Assembly (NCBI GenBank): GCA_021413845.1
Contig: JAIOPP010000057.1
Coordinates: 81,690 to 145,689, forward strand
Reading direction: 5' to 3'
From: Planctomycetia bacterium
Lineage (GTDB): Bacteria > Planctomycetota > Planctomycetia > Pirellulales > PNKZ01
Length of the DNA: 64,000 bases
The notes beneath the pieces were generated by a model. It was given only the letters and a program-made list of their open reading frames with translations. It searched no databases and was not told the DNA's origin. This document shows positions 28,370-36,936 of the stretch, in pieces. Numbering within the stretch: the stretch's first letter is position 1; each line of letters begins with the position of its first letter. The position numbers were made by a program, and so were the translations under genes.

Positions 28370-29842
28370 ATGAATAAGAATCGCATCTCGCCGTATGCTT
28401 GGCTTATCGCGTGCTTTACGCTGATTGCATGCCTGACCGTGGCAATGGCATGCACGCTCAGGAATTCGCAAGCAGGCTTGCTCCTCTCGATGATCGCAGT
28501 CATCGCCGCGGCGGCATCGGGCGGCATCTGCATCTGGACGATTCGGCGCATCTGTCGCGAGCAAGCGATCGCCCGCCGCTATCTGGAACTTCTCGTCCAC
28601 AGCGACGATCCGGCTCTGGCCTCGATCATTAATCTGGAAGCGCTGCCGGCCGTCGATGAACATTCGACCTGGATGCGGCCGTTGACGCAGATTCGCGACT
28701 ATCTCGCCTCGTTTCACGAACGCCAAGCCGGTTGGGATGCAACTCGCTCGGCGTTGGAAGTCCGTCTACAACGGACCACGGCGCAGGCCGAACTCATGTC
28801 GACCGTCCTGGCGAATATCGGCGAGCCAGTGTTCGCGATGAACGCCTACGAGGAAATCGAACTCGCCAACGAGCATGCGAAGAAGCTCCTGCATTTATCG
28901 GACGGCGATGAGAAGCGCCCCCTCTCGAAGATCCTGCCGTGCGGCAAGCTCACCTCGATGGTGAACGACGTGCGTCGTCGCAACGTGCCGACGCAACGCT
29001 GCGACGATTTCGAGCTCGACGATGCCGATGGAAACAAACGCTGGTATCGCGCGACCGCCTCGAACTTGCTGGCCGATGTCACGGCAAGCGAACAAGGCTC
29101 GGGCGTCGTCGTATTGCTGCGAGACATCAGCGTGCAGCGAGGCATGCAGCAACAGCACGCCGAGTTCGTTTCGGCCGCCAGCCATGAAATGAAAACACCG
29201 CTCGCCGGCATCAAGGCTTACGTCGAACTCCTTGCCGACGGCGATGCCGAAGACGAAAGCTCGCGCGAAGAATTTCTCGGCGTCATCAACAACCAAGCCG
29301 ATCGCCTGCAACGCTTGATCGAAAACTTGCTGAACATCGCCAGAATCGAAGCAGGGGTCGTGAAGGTCAGCAAGCAAAGCCGGGGAGTGAACGAGATCCT
29401 GAACGAAGCGATCGGCGTCGTACAACCCTCGGCCGATGCAAAGCATATTACGCTGGTCTCCGACCTCAGCCCGTTATATCTCGGAGCGCTCGTCGATCGA
29501 GACATGCTCATGCAAGCGGTAATTAACTTGCTGTCGAACGCCGTGAAGTACACGCCGTGCAAAGGTCGCGTAACGCTCCGCAGCCGACTCGCCGACCAAG
29601 AGATCCATATCGAAGTCGAAGATACCGGCGTCGGCCTGAACGAAGAAGATTGTGTGAAGGTGTTCGATAAGTTCTATCGGGTCGACAAAGACAAAAACAT
29701 GGCCGCAGGGACGGGGCTCGGTCTGCCGCTCGCACGCCATATCGTCGAAGACGTCCATAGCGGGCATCTTACCGTTCGCAGCAAGGTCGGCGTGGGAAGC
29801 ACGTTCAGCATCGCGATTCCGAATGTGGGACGAAGCGTTTAG
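28370..29842 (+). CDS. Sensor histidine kinase (2 TM, PAS-like, HisKA, HATPase_c)
   Basis: H-box SHEMKTPLAGI, N-box LLSNAVKYT, G-boxes EDTGVGL and GTGLGLPL. Confidence 0.9.
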   Translation: MNKNRISPYAWLIACFTLIACLTVAMACTLRNSQAGLLLSMIAVIAAAASGGICIWTIRRICREQAIARRYLELLVHSDDPALASIINLEALPAVDEHSTWMRPLTQIRDYLASFHERQAGWDATRSALEVRLQRTTAQAELMSTVLANIGEPVFAMNAYEEIELANEHAKKLLHLSDGDEKRPLSKILPCGKLTSMVNDVRRRNVPTQRCDDFELDDADGNKRWYRATASNLLADVTASEQGSGVVVLLRDISVQRGMQQQHAEFVSAASHEMKTPLAGIKAYVELLADGDAEDESSREEFLGVINNQADRLQRLIENLLNIARIEAGVVKVSKQSRGVNEILNEAIGVVQPSADAKHITLVSDLSPLYLGALVDRDMLMQAVINLLSNAVKYTPCKGRVTLRSRLADQEIHIEVEDTGVGLNEEDCVKVFDKFYRVDKDKNMAAGTGLGLPLARHIVEDVHSGHLTVRSKVGVGSTFSIAIPNVGRSV

Positions 29843-29881
29843 TTTCCGTTTGCCGAAGCGATCTTCAAGAGGAGATAAGTC

Positions 29882-30262
29882 ATGAGCAGACACGTTTTAC
29901 TTTGCGACGACGAGATCGCGATTATTCGCGCAGCGGAAATCAAACTCACACGTGCCGGCTTTCGCGTCACCTGCTGCTCCGACGGCCAAGAGGCGTTCGA
30001 GACGATTCAACGAGACAAGCCCGACTTGCTGATCTCGGATTGCCAAATGCCTCGCATGGGAGGGCTGGAGCTTATTCGCCGACTGCGAGCAGACGAAGCG
30101 ACGTGCGACTTGCCGATCATGATGCTCACGGGCAAGGGCTACGAATTACCGCGTGAAGAATTGCAGACGAAGTACGGCGTGATCGAAATCATCGCAAAGC
30201 CGTTCAGCCCACGCGACGTATTGAAAATCGTCGAGAACCTTTTCGTTGCGAGCTCGACATGA
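29882..30262 (+). CDS. Single-domain response regulator (CheY-like receiver)
   Basis: LLCDDE ... PDLLISDCQMPRMGGLELIRRLR ... MLTG ... KPF. No output domain. Confidence 0.9.
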   Translation: MSRHVLLCDDEIAIIRAAEIKLTRAGFRVTCCSDGQEAFETIQRDKPDLLISDCQMPRMGGLELIRRLRADEATCDLPIMMLTGKGYELPREELQTKYGVIEIIAKPFSPRDVLKIVENLFVASST

Positions 30263-30585
30263 ACCTTACGACGGAAATTTTCGGCGCTTGCATGGTCGTT
30301 CACGCGCCCCAAGACCTGGGACGCGAGCAAGCCGAACGATTTCAGAACTTCCTGCACTCGCTCGAGCGAATTCAGATCATTCTCGACATCGACGACGTCG
30401 AGCAAATCGACAGCTCCGGGCTCACTGCACTCGTCGAGACGCAGGAGCATCTTCGTACGCTCGGCGGCGACTTGAAGATTGCGACGGACAGCGCCGTGAA
30501 TCGGAAGATATTGGAAATCACGCGTATCGACCGGCAATTGGAAGTCTTCGAGAGCGTGATCGACGCAGTGAAGAGCTACCGCTAA
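30259..30585 (+). CDS. STAS-domain protein (anti-sigma-factor antagonist, SpoIIAA-like)
   Basis: 108 aa. ILDIDDVEQIDSSGLTALV carries the conserved DSSG phospho-serine motif. ATGA overlap with the receiver gene. Confidence 0.85.
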   Translation: MNLTTEIFGACMVVHAPQDLGREQAERFQNFLHSLERIQIILDIDDVEQIDSSGLTALVETQEHLRTLGGDLKIATDSAVNRKILEITRIDRQLEVFESVIDAVKSYR

Positions 30586-30652
30586 CCCCCGATATCGTTC
30601 AGACGCGCCTCGCAACCACGTTCGCACGCTCCACGCTCGCACGGCATAACCT

Positions 30653-32404
30653 ATGAGTTCTTCTCTTCATCCCGGTGCCGCTCCTGTCAAGCTCGGCGAC
30701 TTGCTGCTGCGCCACGGGTATCTGACCGAAGACGGGCTGCGCGCAGCCCTCGATCAGCAGAAGAAGGATGGGCGAGGAAAGTTGCTCGGCGAAATCCTCG
30801 TCGATATCTCGGCTTGCTCGGAAGATCAGATCGCCGAATGCATCGCGGCGGAATACGGAGTGCCGTTTGCGAAGCTCGAGCTTCGACTTTGCGATCAGAA
30901 GATCGTGGAAGTGTTGCCTCGCGAATTCATCGAAAACAACTTGGTGATGCCGCTGTTCGTCGTGCGGAACATCCTCACGCTCGCGCTCTCCGAACCGTCG
31001 AACTTGTTCTTGATTGAAGAAGTCGAGAAGCTGACCGGCTTGCGAGTGCAGACCGTCGTGGCGACGGCGAAAGACATTCGCCGAATGATTACGTCGCTGC
31101 CGAACTCGAAGGTGTTCGTCATCGACGACATCATCGAAGAATCCCAGTCGGGCGACGTCACGCTGATCGAAGACGCCGTCGAAGATATCAGCGATATGGC
31201 CGAAGTGGCCGGTCAATCGCCGGTCATTCGGCTCGTGAACTACGTGATCTACAACGCGGTGAGGGAAGGTGCCAGCGATATTCATATCGAGCCGGCCGAA
31301 AAGTGTGTGCGCGTGCGCTACCGGATCGACGGCCGACTGTATAAGTCGCTCGAAGTGCCGGTGACGCTGCTCAGCGCGCTCACGAGTCGCATCAAAATCA
31401 TGGCGGGGCTCGACATCAGCGAACGTCGGCTTCCGCAAGACGGTCGGATCCACGTCATGCTCGACGGTCGAAAGATCGACTTGCGTTGCAGTACGTTTCC
31501 GATGAATCGAGGCGAAAAGACGGTAATTCGCGTGCTCGATACGCGCAGCGTGTCGCTCGTGCTCGAAGACCTCGGCTTCTCGGAAGACATTCTCTCAGGC
31601 CTGACGCAATTGATCAAAGCGCCGAACGGCATCGGCCTCGTAACCGGCCCGACCGGCAGCGGAAAATCGACGACGCTCTACGCGATGCTGAACAACATCA
31701 GCTCGATGGAGAACAACGTCTGCACGGTCGAAGACCCAATCGAATACAACTTGCCGCTGATCAATCAATTTCAGATTCAAGAGCGCGTCGGGCTGACGTT
31801 CTCGAAGGCCTTGCGTACGCTGTTGCGGCAAGACCCGGATGTGATCATGGTCGGTGAAGTGCGCGACGAGGAAACCGCGCGAACCGCAATTCAAGCCGCC
31901 CTAACGGGCCACTTGGTGTTCAGCACGCTGCATACGAACGATGCCTGCTCGTCGATCACACGGCTCATCAACATGGGGGTCGAATCGTATTTGATCGGTG
32001 CGGCATTAAACATGGTGCTGGCTCAACGGCTGCTCCGGAGAATTTGTCCGAAATGCAAAGCCGCGTACGAGCCGCCTCGCACCATGCGCAAAGCGATCGA
32101 AAAGATGGGCTTCGAGATCGACGAATTTTACAAAGGGGTCGGCTGCAAGAACTGCCGCAACACCGGTTACAGCGGCCGTATCGGCGTGCATGAGTTGCTC
32201 GTGGTCGACGACGAGATTCGCGACATCGTCGTGACGAACCCCACGGTCGCGGCCGTGCAAGCCGCCGCCAACCGCAAGGGCATGGTCACGCTCAAGCAAG
32301 ACGGATTCCGCAAGGTGCGCGAAGGAATTACCACGATCGAAGAGGTGTTGCACATCGCCGGCGATATTCGCGACGCCGGAGAAATCATGAGCGGCACGAC
32401 GTAA
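30653..32404 (+). CDS. Type II/IV secretion ATPase (PilB/GspE family) with an N-terminal T2SSE_N/MshEN-like domain
   Basis: Walker A GPTGSGKST, Asp box, Walker B DPDVIMVGEVRD, His box LTGHLVFSTLHTND, tetracysteine CPKC...CKNC. Confidence 0.95.
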   Translation: MSSSLHPGAAPVKLGDLLLRHGYLTEDGLRAALDQQKKDGRGKLLGEILVDISACSEDQIAECIAAEYGVPFAKLELRLCDQKIVEVLPREFIENNLVMPLFVVRNILTLALSEPSNLFLIEEVEKLTGLRVQTVVATAKDIRRMITSLPNSKVFVIDDIIEESQSGDVTLIEDAVEDISDMAEVAGQSPVIRLVNYVIYNAVREGASDIHIEPAEKCVRVRYRIDGRLYKSLEVPVTLLSALTSRIKIMAGLDISERRLPQDGRIHVMLDGRKIDLRCSTFPMNRGEKTVIRVLDTRSVSLVLEDLGFSEDILSGLTQLIKAPNGIGLVTGPTGSGKSTTLYAMLNNISSMENNVCTVEDPIEYNLPLINQFQIQERVGLTFSKALRTLLRQDPDVIMVGEVRDEETARTAIQAALTGHLVFSTLHTNDACSSITRLINMGVESYLIGAALNMVLAQRLLRRICPKCKAAYEPPRTMRKAIEKMGFEIDEFYKGVGCKNCRNTGYSGRIGVHELLVVDDEIRDIVVTNPTVAAVQAAANRKGMVTLKQDGFRKVREGITTIEEVLHIAGDIRDAGEIMSGTT

Positions 32405-32455
32405 TCATCGCGGGGCGTGTGAAGATTTTCAGAGTGCTGGTTTCGGAGATGGCTC

Positions 32456-33652
32456 GTGTCGGCTGCAACATTTGAATACCGCGTTCGCGATGCCCTCGGC
32501 AAAGAGCACGAAGGGACCGTCGACGCGCAGAATCAAGAAGACGCCGTGCAGATTTTGCGACGCGACGGTTTTCAAGTGATCGAGATCGAGGAAGGTGGCG
32601 GCGGAGGTATCCTCGCGCCGGGCATCAAGCGCACCGACATCATCTATCTCACGTGCCAACTCGCGATCATGGTCGACACCGGCATCACGCTATCGACCGC
32701 ACTGCAAGGAATTCTCGAGCAAGAGAAAAACCTGACGCTGCGTAAAATTCTCGTCGAGATGCGTAAGTCGGTCGAATCCGGCGGTGACTTCTCCGAGGCA
32801 CTCGCGAAGCATCCCAAGTATTTCGACAAGACGTACGTCTCGATGATCAAAGTCGGCGAGGCGACCGGAACGCTGGCCGAAATGCTCGAACGGGTCGCGC
32901 TCTATCTTCGCAAAGAGATGGAGATGCGCAGCAAAGTAAAGTCGGCGATGGCATATCCCGCCATCATGGCGTTCATTGCGATCAGCGTGACGATCTTTTT
33001 GTTGACCTACATCTTGCCGCAGTTCTCGCCGCTGTTCGCGAAGAAGGGAATGAAGCTTCCCGGACCGACGAAGATCAGCATGGCTCTTTCCGACGCGCTA
33101 ATTCACCATTGGTATTGGTGGATCGCCGGGATCGTCGGACTTATCGTCTGCTACGTGTGGGGACGACGCACGCCGCAAGGCCGCAAGATTTGGGACTCGT
33201 TCGTCATCAGTGCGCCGCTCATCGGTAGCGTGACGCGAAAAGTCGTCATCAGCCGGTCGTTGCGAACGCTCGGCACCATGCTCAACAGCGGGCTCTCGAT
33301 GCTCGAGGCACTCAAGCTCACGGCCGAAGTTTCAGGCAATTACTACTACGAACAACTCTGGCTGAAGGTGCTCGACGAAGTAACGCAAGGAAACGAGATC
33401 TGCGAATCGCTTCGGACTAGCAGCCTCTTCCCGCCGATGATCGTGCAAATGATCTCGGCCGGCGAGCAAACGGCGCAACTCGGCCAGGTGCTCGAAAAGG
33501 TGAGCAACTACTACGATCATGAAGTGGAATCGTCGATCAAGACGGCCACCGGCATGATCGAGCCGATTCTCATCAGCGTCATGGGGGTCGTCGTCGGCAC
33601 GATCGGCCTGGCGCTCTTGCTCCCTGTCTTCTCGCTAAGCAAGGCGCCGTAA
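32456..33652 (+). CDS. Type II/IV secretion platform protein (PilC/GspF family)
   Basis: 398 aa. Two T2SSF-type repeats (GITLSTALQGI...; GLSMLEALKLTAEV...), three TM helices, and a C-terminal EPILISVMGVVVGTIGLALLLP. Confidence 0.9.
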   Translation: MSAATFEYRVRDALGKEHEGTVDAQNQEDAVQILRRDGFQVIEIEEGGGGGILAPGIKRTDIIYLTCQLAIMVDTGITLSTALQGILEQEKNLTLRKILVEMRKSVESGGDFSEALAKHPKYFDKTYVSMIKVGEATGTLAEMLERVALYLRKEMEMRSKVKSAMAYPAIMAFIAISVTIFLLTYILPQFSPLFAKKGMKLPGPTKISMALSDALIHHWYWWIAGIVGLIVCYVWGRRTPQGRKIWDSFVISAPLIGSVTRKVVISRSLRTLGTMLNSGLSMLEALKLTAEVSGNYYYEQLWLKVLDEVTQGNEICESLRTSSLFPPMIVQMISAGEQTAQLGQVLEKVSNYYDHEVESSIKTATGMIEPILISVMGVVVGTIGLALLLPVFSLSKAP

Positions 33653-33689
33653 TCGAACGCGGCGAACGCGTTTGGAGATGATCTCTGCT

Positions 33690-33731
33690 TTCAAGTGCGA
33701 CGGCTAGCGCATGCGATGCCGCGCACTTGAA
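33690..33731. terminator. Strong hairpin between the convergent pilC/gspF-like and rpsU genes
   Basis: Arms ttcaagtgcg (33690-33699) and cgcacttgaa (33722-33731), extendable to ~14 bp with one bulge. Only a weak T tract, so termination is inferred mainly from its position between convergent genes. Confidence 0.4.
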
Positions 33732-33751
33732 TTCTCGATACCGGACGCTGC

Positions 33752-33940
33752 TTATCCGGTGATCGCACGACGCGCACGTCGTTCCGAACGGAGGCGGGCA
33801 CGGCGACGTGTCTCGCTCGGCTTCTCGTAATATTCCTTACGGCGCATTTCCTTCTTGATCCCGCTGCGCTCTACCAACTTACGGAAACGACGGACCGCTT
33901 CCTGGATCGATTCTTTGTCCCGAACAGTCAGCTTTACCAC
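33752..33940 (-). CDS. rpsU: 30S ribosomal protein S21
   Basis: (M)[57 protein letters not shown]. Start set at GTG 33940, preceded by AAGGAGGA. The track start at 33976 adds 12 unlikely residues. Confidence 0.9.
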   Translation of the reverse strand: MVKLTVRDKESIQEAVRRFRKLVERSGIKKEMRRKEYYEKPSETRRRARLRSERRARRAITG

Positions 33941-34358
33941 AAATCCTCCTTTGCCTCGGATCGAAACGCCACCCACACTCGACTAGGAACGATTCTAGTA
34001 TGTGTCGGTAAACACCTTATGTAAAAACAAGATCAGCCGAAAGAACTCGCCAGTCTATCGCTTCGGCAGTTCCGTGTCCACCGCTTAGAGAATGCCCCGG
34101 CGAACCCCGAAAAAGAGACGTTCTCGGTCCGAGCAGGGGGTGCCAAGCTCCCTAGGTCGGAATTCTGCATTGCCGGCTGCCGGCATGACGCGGCGTCGAG
34201 CCCCCGACGGGCCGAACGCCGGAGACGAGAAACAGGGCGAAGAATCCGCAATATCCGGTCGATGGTTTTCAGAGAGACCCCGCGCGGAGTGTCGCACTTC
34301 CTGCTGATCGGCAGGTCATGCGACGCTCTTCCATCATCGCCTTGGCAGAGGTTCCCTC

Positions 34359-34658
34359 GTGACGCAAGAATCGAACTCCGCGAATCTTCTGGCCGACTTA
34401 GAAACACGCCAAGACGAATTATTGCGACTACTCGATGAACTTGAGCAGCGGACGAAGCAGGCCTTGGCAAACCTGCTGGCTCCCGCCAAGCCGGCGATCG
34501 CATCAGGTACGCTGCAACATGTCGCGCAGCAGCTCGTCGCCCCGCCACTCGGCAAAGGCGATGTCGCGGCGACGGAACCGCGCGTAGTCGTCGCGGAAAA
34601 CGCGGCCTCGAAAGAAGAGCCGAAGATCGCGCGCTCGCGGCGGAAAAAAGCGGCTTAA
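34359..34658 (+). CDS. Hypothetical coiled-coil protein with a basic C-terminus
   Basis: 99-aa ORF with a GTG start and GAGG ~11 nt upstream. Codon usage resembles neighbouring genes. Preferred over the overlapping Arg-rich 217-aa minus-strand ORF. Confidence 0.45.
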   Translation: MTQESNSANLLADLETRQDELLRLLDELEQRTKQALANLLAPAKPAIASGTLQHVAQQLVAPPLGKGDVAATEPRVVVAENAASKEEPKIARSRRKKAA

Positions 34659-34944
34659 CGGCCGCGAGCGTTTGCCGAGCATTCATCCGGTGGCGCGCGG
34701 CTACTCATCGCCCGCTTTTTGACCTGAAAATTTGCGGTAGCATCCGCAGCGCTCGGTCTTCTTTCAGGTTCGTAAGACTGTCGCCGTTTTCGAGGTTACT
34801 AAGCGTTAACGTCGCTGGATTGCGCTTTCGGCGTTCTGCTTCTAGCGGGAAGCTAAAGCGTGTGCCGCCGAATACCGCGCCGCACCGTGAAGGCCGCGAT
34901 TATCGCCTCACGAAAAGATGGATTCGCAAAAGGAACAGCGTCCC

Positions 34945-35253
34945 ATGAAAAGTCGCATCGTTTGCTCGCTCATCGTCTCGGCCATCGCGCTCTCGCTCAT
35001 TGCACCGCAAGCCGCGGAAGCTCGCGGGCGCGGGGCGCCAAGCCCGTTCGTGATGACCCCCGACGGCCTAATTCCGAAGTCGGTTTTCTATCAAGACATG
35101 ATCCTGATGCCGGGCACGCTCGAAGCCTACCGCCGACAAGAACAGCAATACTACGACCGGATGAACAAGAATAAGAACAACACGGATGCGACGAGAACGA
35201 CGGGCGTCAGGAATACGGCCGTGAAGCCGACGATCACGAAGAAGAAAAAGTAG
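34945..35253 (+). CDS. Small secreted protein, unknown function
   Basis: Start set at ATG 34945. Signal peptide MKSRIVCSLIVSAIALSLIAPQAAEA. Lys/Thr-rich C-terminus. Followed by a perfect terminator. Confidence 0.55.
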   Translation: MKSRIVCSLIVSAIALSLIAPQAAEARGRGAPSPFVMTPDGLIPKSVFYQDMILMPGTLEAYRRQEQQYYDRMNKNKNNTDATRTTGVRNTAVKPTITKKKK

Positions 35254-35286
35254 CCGCCGACTTCGATACGAAGTATTCGGTAAATG

Positions 35287-35330
35287 AAACAGGGTGCGCG
35301 ACTTGAATGTCGCGCACCCTGTTTTCGTTT
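35287..35330. terminator. Bidirectional rho-independent terminator
   Basis: Perfect 16-bp stem aaacagggtgcgcgac / gtcgcgcaccctgttt with the 6-nt loop ttgaat. T-rich runs flank it on both strands. Located between convergent genes. Confidence 0.8.
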
Positions 35331-35363
35331 AACGAACCAAAGCACTTTGCTTAGGTGTTGAGC

Positions 35364-35588
35364 TTAGCTGCCGGTTCCGGTCGCCGAAGGAGCGACGGCG
35401 GCAGGCTTCGTGGTCTCGGTCTTGACTTCCGTCTTCGAAGAGCCGCCGTCCGGCGTGCTCGTCGAGGTCTTGGTTTCGGTCGTCTTCGTGGTCGCGCTGG
35501 CGGCCGTACCGGTCGGCTTTCCAGCCTTGTCGTCGCAACCGGTGAACCCGAGGCACAGCAACGCGGCGAGTAGAGCAAACTTCTTCAT
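35364..35588 (-). CDS. Small lipoprotein, Thr/Ser/Lys-rich low complexity
   Basis: MKKFALLAALLCLGFTGC lipobox. AAGGA RBS upstream. Confidence 0.7.
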   Translation of the reverse strand: MKKFALLAALLCLGFTGCDDKAGKPTGTAASATTKTTETKTSTSTPDGGSSKTEVKTETTKPAAVAPSATGTGS

Positions 35589-35838
35589 CTTAAAATCCTT
35601 TTCGAAAAGAGTGGGCGATGCGACGGCTGAAATCGTTTTCTTGAAGTCGAGAAAGATCTACACGATGGAGTGCGTCAAAGCGCCGTAACCGTGTTCATCG
35701 CTCGAGGTCGAAGATCCGTCGATCTAGAATTAAGAGCCGAGATGGCCCCGGTTTTATTCCCTGATAAAAAAACAGCGGGGGATGAAGCTGAAATGCTGCA
35801 TCCCCCGCGTGTATGAAATCAACGGCGACTTCCAACGA

Positions 35839-35961
35839 CTAGTGCTTAGCAGCGGCCGAACCGGCGCTACCACCAGCAGCCGAACCGGTCGGCCTGGCAG
35901 GCTCGCTGCAACCGGCGACACCGAGACAAACCAACAACGCAATCATGGCAAGCTTCTTCAT
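35839..35961 (-). CDS. Very small lipoprotein (40 aa), paralog of the neighbouring lipoprotein; below the ORF-track size cut-off
   Basis: My own translation: MKKLAMIALLVCLGVAGCSEPARPTGSAAGGSAGSAAAKH, stop TAG at 35839-35841. Lipobox LGVAGC. AAAGG lies ~9 nt upstream of the ATG. Confidence 0.55.
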   Translation of the reverse strand: MKKLAMIALLVCLGVAGCSEPARPTGSAAGGSAGSAAAKH

Positions 35962-36241
35962 AGTAATTAACCTTTCGCCTAATCGACCCTACGGCTCTGC
36001 TCGCCCGACAGGTCCATCCTGCTAGCGGAAGCCGTAATACATGATCCCCGAGGTACGGGGAATTATTCCCTGAAGAATCAAAATAAATTATGATGCGTAG
36101 CGAACGTATTAAAGACCGCCAAGCAATGGGCATCAGTCTAGCGATGCCGGCACCCCGCGCAAAGTATGGGGAGTCGATTCCTCCCGAAATTCTTCCTTAT
36201 CCAGTCTGCCAATATGATTTCGTTCGATTATTCCGGCTTAC

Positions 36242-36267
36242 GGAATAACCGAGCCCGCTCGAGTCTC
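36242..36267 (+). promoter_or_regulatory. Candidate ECF-type (autoregulated) promoter GGAAT-N16-GTCTC
   Basis: GGAAT at 36242-36246 and GTCTC at 36263-36267 with a 16-nt spacer, ~20 nt upstream of the ECF sigma start. Pattern match only. Confidence 0.25.
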
Positions 36268-36287
36268 TTACCTTAGGGATCGCCATT

Positions 36288-36866
36288 TTGGACGGTTCGA
36301 CGAGCGCCGATATCACGCGTCTGGTCGCGGAACATCATGCGGCGGTCTACCGCGCGGCTTTTCGACTTTCAGGGTCGACTGCCGATGCGGAAGACCTAAC
36401 GCAGCAGACGTTCCTCACGGCTCACCGCAGCCTAGGGCAGCTTCGCGACCAGCGAGCCGCTCTCGGTTGGTTGATGGCGATTCTTCGCAGCTGTTTTTTG
36501 AAGGCGTATCGCAAACGTCGTCCCCTTTCGGCCGACCATTGCGATCTGGATCTCGAGCTTTGCGCGGCAAGCATTCCGCCGGAGAGCGAGATCGATGCCG
36601 AGCAATTGCAAAATGCGCTCAACGAACTTTCCGCCGACGCGCGTTTGATGCTGACGATGTTCTACTTCGAGGATCTTTCCTATCGCGAGATTGCAGCAGC
36701 GACCGACACGCCGATCGGCACCGTCATGAGTCGGCTCTCCCGAGCGAAAGAGCAACTGCGGCGAAAACTGAGCGAGAAAGAAACCACCGAACGAAGCAAC
36801 TTGAAAGCAAGCGAACCCCGGCTCCCCGATCGCTTTGTGGAAGACGAACTGACGACCCGACGATAG
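36288..36866 (+). CDS. ECF-family RNA polymerase sigma factor
   Basis: Region 2 (AEDLTQQTFLTAHRSLGQLRD) and region 4 HTH (LSYREIAAATDTPIGTVMSRLSRAKEQLRRKL). TTG start. Confidence 0.9.
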   Translation: MDGSTSADITRLVAEHHAAVYRAAFRLSGSTADAEDLTQQTFLTAHRSLGQLRDQRAALGWLMAILRSCFLKAYRKRRPLSADHCDLDLELCAASIPPESEIDAEQLQNALNELSADARLMLTMFYFEDLSYREIAAATDTPIGTVMSRLSRAKEQLRRKLSEKETTERSNLKASEPRLPDRFVEDELTTRR

Positions 36867-36936
36867 CGACCCAACGATGGCGAACTAAGCGACGATCTCC
36901 AGAGCGCGCGATACTTAAGGCAACGCGAAGGGCACG

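Noticed and set aside
30599-31453. 284-aa minus-strand ORF antisense to the PilB/GspE ATPase gene
   Set aside because: Shadow ORF. The plus frame has Walker A/B, Asp and His boxes.
34033-34686. 217-aa minus-strand ORF upstream of rpsU
   Set aside because: The product is Arg/Ala/Ser/Pro-rich with no motif or plausible RBS. The opposite-strand 99-aa ORF has neighbour-like codon usage. Neither is strongly supported.
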